NCBI GenBank assembly: GCA_965649205.1
Contig: CBFGJV010000008.1
Coordinates: 29,479 to 93,478 of the forward strand
Direction: 5' to 3'
Length of the DNA stretch: 64,000 nt
DNA from: a candidate division WOR-3 bacterium
Lineage (GTDB): Bacteria > Hydrothermota > Tepidihabitantia > Tepidihabitantales > Tepidihabitantaceae
The position numbers and the translations under genes were made by a program. Below, in pieces: positions 57,879 through 64,000 of the stretch; the first letter of the stretch is position 1; each line of letters begins with the position of its first letter. The notes under the pieces are model-generated. The model was not told the DNA's origin. It did no database searches and worked only from the letters and a program-made list of their open reading frames with translations.

Positions 57879-59067
57879 CAGCGTATATCGCCCGACTAGC
57901 TACCCTGAAGAGGTAGGGAAAATTGCGTTGCACGTGGCCGCGGGAGCCGCACTTCAGGTAGCCGAATCTTTGCTTCCCCACCCTTTACCCGGCGCACGCC
58001 TCGGTCTGGCCAATGTAATTACTCTGCTGGTGCTGATGCGGTACGGAACCAAGGAAGCTTTGCGGGTAGCTTTACTGCGTACGTTCATTGCCTCCCTCAT
58101 TATGGGCACATTTCTCTCGCCGACTTTTATTCTAAGTTTGAGCGGCGCCCTGTTCGGCACGGCAGTGATGGCCTGGGTTTATTACATTGCCCGGGCTACG
58201 CCTGTACGTTTCAGTCTTGTGGGTATTAGCGTGGCAGGAGCAGTTGCCCATACTACTGTTCAAGTAGTGATAGTATATTTTCTGTTTGTTCGTTCTCCCG
58301 CGGTGATAGCAATCTGGCCTCTACTTTTGTTGCTGGCGGTGGGGGCTGGCATTTTGACCGGCGTGATAGCAAATAAGGCGCGGGGAATAGAACAGAAGGA
58401 ACCAGTCCTGTCTATTCCTAACGGACGGCGGCAAAGGAAAGACATAGGCGACAGAGTAGAGAGCAGTAAACAGAACAACTGGTTGTGTCGGCTGCCGGCT
58501 ACCGGGAAGCTGGCAGTTACCTTTACTCTGGCTGGCATCGCAATACTAGTGACTGACTACAGAGTCTACACGGCACTATTCGTCCTGCTTTTGTTGATTG
58601 CGGCTCTGGGTCGGGTGAATTTGATAGCAATTGTGCGAGATCTGAATCGACTCAGTCTCTTCCTTCTGGTAGTGTTCCTGACCCCAATACTGTTTCACAA
58701 CTGGGGCAGGTTAGTACTCAGCCTAGGTCCCTTGCGCATTACCAGCCCTGGTCTGACGGCGGGCGGTATTTTCACTGCCCGTGTACTAATACTTTTTTTT
58801 CTCAGTTCCCTTCTCAATCGCAGCACGTCTCCGCCTGAGTTGGCTCTTTCCCTTGCCCGTTTTCTTTCTCCGTTGCGGAGATTGGGGTCGTCTCCCGAAA
58901 AATTGGTAGCCATCGCCAATTTATCCTGGCAGTTCTTTCCGATTCTCTGGGAAAGAGGACGCCGTCTTATTTTTCAGTTTAGAAAACAGAGAGGAGGCCT
59001 TGTGCGCCTGTCCGCGGAATTGACAGCAGCAGTGTACCAAATGGCAGAGGAGATAGACATTGTTTAG
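57862..59067 (+). CDS. Fusion of Gx transporter (heptaprenyl diphosphate synthase component I/EetB-like) and EcfT (FmnA-like) domains
   Basis: N-half ESLLPHPLPGARLGLANVITL..GISVAGAVAH; C-half LPATGKL..RVL..STSPPELALSL..PL..QFFP. Confidence 0.82.
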   Translation: MPKLTDSVYRPTSYPEEVGKIALHVAAGAALQVAESLLPHPLPGARLGLANVITLLVLMRYGTKEALRVALLRTFIASLIMGTFLSPTFILSLSGALFGTAVMAWVYYIARATPVRFSLVGISVAGAVAHTTVQVVIVYFLFVRSPAVIAIWPLLLLLAVGAGILTGVIANKARGIEQKEPVLSIPNGRRQRKDIGDRVESSKQNNWLCRLPATGKLAVTFTLAGIAILVTDYRVYTALFVLLLLIAALGRVNLIAIVRDLNRLSLFLLVVFLTPILFHNWGRLVLSLGPLRITSPGLTAGGIFTARVLILFFLSSLLNRSTSPPELALSLARFLSPLRRLGSSPEKLVAIANLSWQFFPILWERGRRLIFQFRKQRGGLVRLSAELTAAVYQMAEEIDIV

Positions 59068-60025
59068 GAGAAACTGGCTGTTCTTCATTGTGGGCCTTAC
59101 CTTGATTTTCGTCGGCTGCCGGGGTCCGGCCCGTCTACACAGAGAGTCCAGACTGATGATGAACACTTACGTTACGCTTACTGTCTTTGCCCCTCCGAAT
59201 CGAACGCGCCTTGCTTTGGATGCAGCATTCAGACGACTGGAAGAAATAGAACACAAATTCAACCACTTGGATACAGCCAGTCCCGTATATGCCTTTAACA
59301 TCCGGAATGAGCCGATAACCGATTCGGAACTGGTAAATGTCATTCAGCTGGCGCAGACGGTAAGCGAGGCTTCCGCGGGCGTCTTTGACATAACCGTAGA
59401 ACCTCTGGTACGCCTGTGGGGTTTCTATAGCGATAATCCTTCTATACCGGACAGAAGGGCAATAGATTCCTGTCGAAAACTGGTTGACTTTCGTTTTCTC
59501 GTAATAGCAGACGGCCAGGTGAAAAAACAAAGACCTGCGGTAAGCATAGACTTGGGAGGTATTGCCAAAGGATACGCATTGGCAGAAGTAGCGCGGGTAT
59601 TGCGCGACAACAGGGTGGATTCGGCTCTCATAGACTTGGGTGGTGACATATATGCCATAGGCAAAAAAGGTAGAGAGCCGTGGCGAGTAGGTATAAGAAA
59701 CCCGAGAGGACAAGGAGTGATCGGGGCGATGTCATTGCACAACCAAGCCGCAGTTACTTCGGGCGATTACGAACGGTATTTTTTCGGCCCGGACAGCACT
59801 CGCTATTGTCATATTCTAGACCCCCGGACCGGCTGGCCAGCTCGGGGAATCATTTCAGCCACAGTGGTTACTAACGATCCCGTGCTTGCGCAAGGGTGGG
59901 CAAAGGTTCTTTTCATACTCGGCAAAGAAGCCTTGCCTCTTTTGGAGGCCATACCCGGTATGCAGGCGTTGGCAGTAGATTCGGAGGGAAAAACAATCTG
60001 TACCCGCGGATGGTCCCAGCAGTGA
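59060..60025 (+). CDS. apbE: FAD:protein FMN transferase lipoprotein
   Basis: Lipobox FVGC, FDITV.PL..LWGF, DLGGIAKGY, TSGDYERYF, HILDPRTG. Confidence 0.95.
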   Translation: MFRRNWLFFIVGLTLIFVGCRGPARLHRESRLMMNTYVTLTVFAPPNRTRLALDAAFRRLEEIEHKFNHLDTASPVYAFNIRNEPITDSELVNVIQLAQTVSEASAGVFDITVEPLVRLWGFYSDNPSIPDRRAIDSCRKLVDFRFLVIADGQVKKQRPAVSIDLGGIAKGYALAEVARVLRDNRVDSALIDLGGDIYAIGKKGREPWRVGIRNPRGQGVIGAMSLHNQAAVTSGDYERYFFGPDSTRYCHILDPRTGWPARGIISATVVTNDPVLAQGWAKVLFILGKEALPLLEAIPGMQALAVDSEGKTICTRGWSQQ

Positions 60026-60100
60026 CAAACCTCTCCCCTGCTCTGCTTCTTAAGCGACCGAGCAGGACGGTTTCGTATGAGGCTGTTAGGCCTCTAATAG

Positions 60101-63100
60101 CTATTTCTGCACTACCAGCTTCTGCGTGACACTTATACTGCTCGTTTCAAGTCTGACCAAGTATACCCCGCTGGAGAAGCGGCGCAGGTCCAGAATGGCC
60201 GTACCACCGGTCTTGGTCAAACTTATGGGCTTGGTCAATACGACCCTACCCAGCAGGTCATAAACATGCAACACGCCTGCCCCCGAGGCAAGCGGTCCGT
60301 ACCGGACAAAAGCGAAGTTACTGGTCAGAGGGTTGGGATACACACTGAGTCGGCCATTGGCAAGGGCGACGGGTATAGACTGGCCGCCGGGTAACACGGG
60401 TTTTGGCCGTTCATTGCTGAACAAGGGCAGCGCAAAACGCCAGAACTCGGAAGTGTTATTTCCCTTGAAGGCATAGAAGGCATTGCCGACATTGACCAAG
60501 TCGCCGCCATTTTTTACCCCTCGCATTACGCCAGAAGTGCCAAAGAGCGGTATCGTGTCCAACTCCGTCCAGCTATCCGTGGCCGGGTTGTAGCGGAAAA
60601 ACATCCCCGTATTTCCGCCTTTCAAAGCGTAGATGTAGCCGTTATACCATACGCCAGCTCCGCCTTCCCGGGACTTCTTGTTTTTGTAGCGTCCCATGTA
60701 TTTGCCGTTTACCGGCATACCGGAAAACATCCTTCGGTACCAGGTATCGCCCACAATGTCGTAACGGAACATGCAATGCTTTGGAGGAGATTCGTACTTG
60801 TTGTAGTAATTTGACTGATGACAGTATATAGTCCGGTCTCCATCATAGACTAGGAAGGACCCTTCCTGGTACTTCTTGCGGGCGGCAACCGGCGCAGAAT
60901 CCAGAATTTGCCATTCGCCTGTTACTATATTGAAACGGTAGAAATCTGTCTTGTATCCTTTGAGCAGGTACAGACTGGCGGTATCACCATAAACGGCAGG
61001 CACATACACCAAGTCATTTCCGCCCTTTATCTTCTTTTTGCTGGTACCCTTGCCGAGAGGGATGCTGCGCAACGAATCCCATCGCCAGCCGGCAATACTG
61101 TCTGTATCGTAACGCCAGAATTCCAACGTGTTGTTGCCTTTCACCATATATACAAACCGATTTTCATCAGCCGCCAGCCGAGTACCTTTGCCGGCAAATT
61201 TGCCAGAGGCACCACCTTGAATAGGCGGCAGAATGCGCCAGGAGTTGCTCAGCGGGTCGTAGGAGTAGAAGTCGGCCGTTTTATTGCCTTTTGTCGCATA
61301 GATGAGGCCCGTGCCCGACATATAGGTCAGGGAACCTCCGTCGCGCACCTGTTTTCTGCTCGGCTCGGTAGGCAGGGATCTGCGTTCTGCCCAGCCACTG
61401 GGCGGGGCGACAGAGCTGGAAACAAGAAACGTGTCGCTTTTTACATTGTTCTCCAGCCTTGTATCGCCAGCCAAATAAACGCTGCAACGTACTGCGTAAT
61501 GACCTTCTGTTGCCATCCAAGTGCGGAAAAGAACCGGCTCGGACTGGCCGGGATAAAGCGTTACCACCGTAGTGTCAAGGTAGTAATCACTCTTCAGCTG
61601 AATATCATCTAGGCAAATACCCGTTCCTCCCAGGCCTGCTCGCATTCCATACCGGAACCCGATGTAAACCAGAGCGTCGCCTACCCGGCTGAAATCTGCC
61701 CAACCCAGCTGATAGGTGGAGTTGGTAAACCGATAGGCAAAGATGCAATCTACAAACGCCGCCGGATGAGGTTCGGTATAAGAAACCCATACTTCCAGAG
61801 ACTCAGGATACATCTGCGGGCCTGTAGAGCGGAACCAGAAATACAAGGTGTCCCGTTCTCTGACCCGCACTCTGGGACTGATGAGCCAGTCGTCATTGGC
61901 GGTAAGCTGAGCTTCCCTCTGGCAAAGCGCTTCGCTGGGAGGACTCTTGGGCGACTCTGTTCCCCGCGTCCAAGTGTAAGCACCGCCATCCTGATTGAAT
62001 ACGGTCCAACCGGTCGGAGGGAAGTCGGTGTCTGAAAACTGCTGATAGAAGCCGCCGCCAGGTCGACTAATCCGGCAAGTGACAGAACAGGTTGCCGTAG
62101 TATTGCCCAGATTGCTCACCACAGCCGCAGGCCAGAGTACGCCAGGCGGAATCTGTTGTTCGGGTCGCGAAATGGAAGTAACAGCTACATCTGGGCCGGG
62201 CGCGCCACCTGGAATCACAGGAAAAACCGCATGCTTGTACTGTTCGGTGCGGGTGTAATAGTAAATGACAGTGTCTTTGGGCGGTGGACCCCAATTGTCG
62301 TGAATCATAATCCAGTTGGTATCTGGCGGCCCATAACCGCAGAAAGTTACGGCGTGGTTGCCGTACACTGGCCAAGTGAGAAGCCCCAGAACTCCGGGCC
62401 GGTCGTTGCGGATTTCGCTGATTATCAGACCCAGCTTGTCCCACTCCAGCCTGCTGCTAAAACCGTAGTTATTTCCGTAGGCCGGGCTGTTACACACAAG
62501 CATAATGCCGGGGGCAATAGAGTCCCCCCGGGTCAATCCTTCTGGCGAGGTATTCATCGCCGCCGCTAGTTCGCCAGAGCAATTAGGCACCGAGTCATAG
62601 TCTTTTTCTACCGGGTCGTACACATCATAGCTAACCGAGTCAACCAGCAGAGGAAACCCCCGGCTATCCCAATAAGCCAGCACATTCGCCGCCGCAGTCG
62701 GAGCACAGCCATAGTGCCAATCGTAATTAGGCACGCCGTCAATCCAGTACTTGGTACTGCTTGTCACAGGCGGCTGTCCGGAAAGATACTTTTCCCACAT
62801 TTGGGCGAACTCTTGGCGGGATTCTGCGGGAAAGCTTACAGTTCCGGCCGCGCGCACCGCCTCCGGCGGCACGATACGGAAATCACGCGGCGATACCAGC
62901 AGATTTCTGCCGTTTGCTTCATACTCAAACCAGAAATCAAACGGGGAGAAGTATATCAGCCCCTTTTCCCGCACATCTTCGTCCAAGACGCCGGCCGCCA
63001 CAGTCAGGCATTTTTCTCGGCTTACCCGCTCCAGAGGCTCTCCCAAATAATAAAGCAGAACCGGCGGCATCTCAGTATTGCCGCCCACCATAACGGTGAT

Positions 63101-63313
63101 GCTTCTGCCATTGGCCAGCACCCGTTCACAACTGTAGGCCGCAACTGCTCCCGCCATGCTGTGATACTGCCAGACGCCGCCTGCTTGGTTCTCTCCAAAG
63201 ACAGCCGACACAAACCGACCGGCCACCGCTACGGCTTCGGTTTCAGAAACCGGCCGTGCCCAGACATAACCTGCAACTAATAGTAAGCAAGCCCAGACGA
63301 TGAATACTCTCAT
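60101..63313 (-). CDS. Secreted papain-clan (C10/C39-like) cysteine peptidase with CARDB-like, choice-of-anchor J, Kelch-like and T9SS-like CTD domains
   Basis: Prodomain, YGCAPTAAANVLAYW (Cys), NHAVTFCGY (His), HDNWG; FPPTGWT..DDWLISP; KGNNTLEFWRY repeats; VYPNP..GVYLV. Confidence 0.85.
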   Translation of the reverse strand: MRVFIVWACLLLVAGYVWARPVSETEAVAVAGRFVSAVFGENQAGGVWQYHSMAGAVAAYSCERVLANGRSITVMVGGNTEMPPVLLYYLGEPLERVSREKCLTVAAGVLDEDVREKGLIYFSPFDFWFEYEANGRNLLVSPRDFRIVPPEAVRAAGTVSFPAESRQEFAQMWEKYLSGQPPVTSSTKYWIDGVPNYDWHYGCAPTAAANVLAYWDSRGFPLLVDSVSYDVYDPVEKDYDSVPNCSGELAAAMNTSPEGLTRGDSIAPGIMLVCNSPAYGNNYGFSSRLEWDKLGLIISEIRNDRPGVLGLLTWPVYGNHAVTFCGYGPPDTNWIMIHDNWGPPPKDTVIYYYTRTEQYKHAVFPVIPGGAPGPDVAVTSISRPEQQIPPGVLWPAAVVSNLGNTTATCSVTCRISRPGGGFYQQFSDTDFPPTGWTVFNQDGGAYTWTRGTESPKSPPSEALCQREAQLTANDDWLISPRVRVRERDTLYFWFRSTGPQMYPESLEVWVSYTEPHPAAFVDCIFAYRFTNSTYQLGWADFSRVGDALVYIGFRYGMRAGLGGTGICLDDIQLKSDYYLDTTVVTLYPGQSEPVLFRTWMATEGHYAVRCSVYLAGDTRLENNVKSDTFLVSSSVAPPSGWAERRSLPTEPSRKQVRDGGSLTYMSGTGLIYATKGNKTADFYSYDPLSNSWRILPPIQGGASGKFAGKGTRLAADENRFVYMVKGNNTLEFWRYDTDSIAGWRWDSLRSIPLGKGTSKKKIKGGNDLVYVPAVYGDTASLYLLKGYKTDFYRFNIVTGEWQILDSAPVAARKKYQEGSFLVYDGDRTIYCHQSNYYNKYESPPKHCMFRYDIVGDTWYRRMFSGMPVNGKYMGRYKNKKSREGGAGVWYNGYIYALKGGNTGMFFRYNPATDSWTELDTIPLFGTSGVMRGVKNGGDLVNVGNAFYAFKGNNTSEFWRFALPLFSNERPKPVLPGGQSIPVALANGRLSVYPNPLTSNFAFVRYGPLASGAGVLHVYDLLGRVVLTKPISLTKTGGTAILDLRRFSSGVYLVRLETSSISVTQKLVVQK

Positions 63314-63408
63314 ATGGCCTCCTTAGCCGAATAGTTTTCAGCCTAGAGAATGTAACCGACGCCAATTCAATGATACATCTACCTCTGTTGTGGTCAAGCT
63401 AGTACGTG

Positions 63409-64000
63409 GTAGTGTCAATTCTTTTGTGTAACTTCCGACTGGCATTTTACGCTGCCGGCTTTCTTACCTTGGACTTGGCTCGAGAGCGACACTTGCGCCC
63501 ACAGTGCTGCTCCCACCGTTTATTCGCCTTCTGAAACAGCGCACACACGATTCGAGCACAACTCTCGTCATTGGCGAAGGAACACATCGGCCGTATCCGC
63601 TTCCGCAACTCTCGGAACTGCCGCTCTATTACATTGGTTGTCCGCACCTTCTTCCACAACTCCGGTTCCTTCCGTAACACCCGCATATGTATCAGCAGTT
63701 CTTCGATGTCTCTCTCCAGGCAGTCCACGGCCTGCTCCTCTTGCTTCCGCCACTTCTTCGCCCACTGCCGACAACGCCGCTTCGCTGCCAGGCAGCTCTT
63801 CGCCTGGTATATCCGCCGCGCACCAGCCAGACATTCCTCTTTATGCTTCGCCTTCAGCTTGTTGGCCACGTTACGCAGCTTGTGTACCCAGCACCGCTGC
63901 CGGGCAACATCCGGGTATACTACCGCCTGCGCCGCATTCAACCCGCCACCACCGTCCACCGTAATGAGTTGCAGGTACTCACCTGTCAGCCCACGGCCAC
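63409..64000 (-). mobile_element. IS256-family element: 3' part of the transposase (stop at 63447) and terminal inverted repeat
   Basis: RGL..QLITVDG..GL, QRCWVHKLRN, RTTNVIERQFRELRKR; end motif TTACACAAAAGAATTGACAC (63432-63413). Confidence 0.92.

Noticed and set aside
63385..63432. Outward-facing TTGACA in the IS256 end as a hybrid promoter for the protease gene
   Set aside because: No -10 at 16-18 bp; a native TTGACC-16-TATCAT promoter lies just outside the element

Overview
Core chromosomal region around the probable replication origin of a diderm anaerobic bacterium. The six secreted proteins with T9SS-type C-terminal sorting domains, several carrying YALKGxNTxEFWRY Kelch-like repeats, resemble candidate phylum WOR-3 (inference, no search run). 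Contents in order: pyrB/pyrR; fucI plus a frameshifted sulfatase; tRNA-Ile2; hutH; dnaA with DnaA boxes, an AT-rich DUE-like tract and a parS site inside hypF; M28 peptidase; GH38 mannosidase; MoxR/Bat operon; two tandem Kelch surface paralogs; soluble fumarate reductase/fumarase cluster; rpmA; two MFS transporters; lipA; a redox operon; a sigma54 activator/promoter with P5C dehydrogenase and an arginine synthetase (ArcE)/cDPGS-like enzyme; an EetA/EetB-FmnA/ApbE-like flavinylation cluster; a large cysteine protease; and the end of an IS256 element. Best candidate for an undescribed system is 44388-49561. There, two genes that the ORF track breaks at an in-frame TGA (an Omp28-like lipoprotein, U-G-Y-C, and a 45-aa membrane peptide, U-L-S-C) each carry a SECIS-like hairpin and are co-oriented with a TlpA thioredoxin, a DUF6029-like barrel and a NapH-like 4Fe-4S membrane protein. 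Together these suggest a selenocysteine-based, envelope-spanning thiol-redox chain. All family assignments are from motif recognition only.
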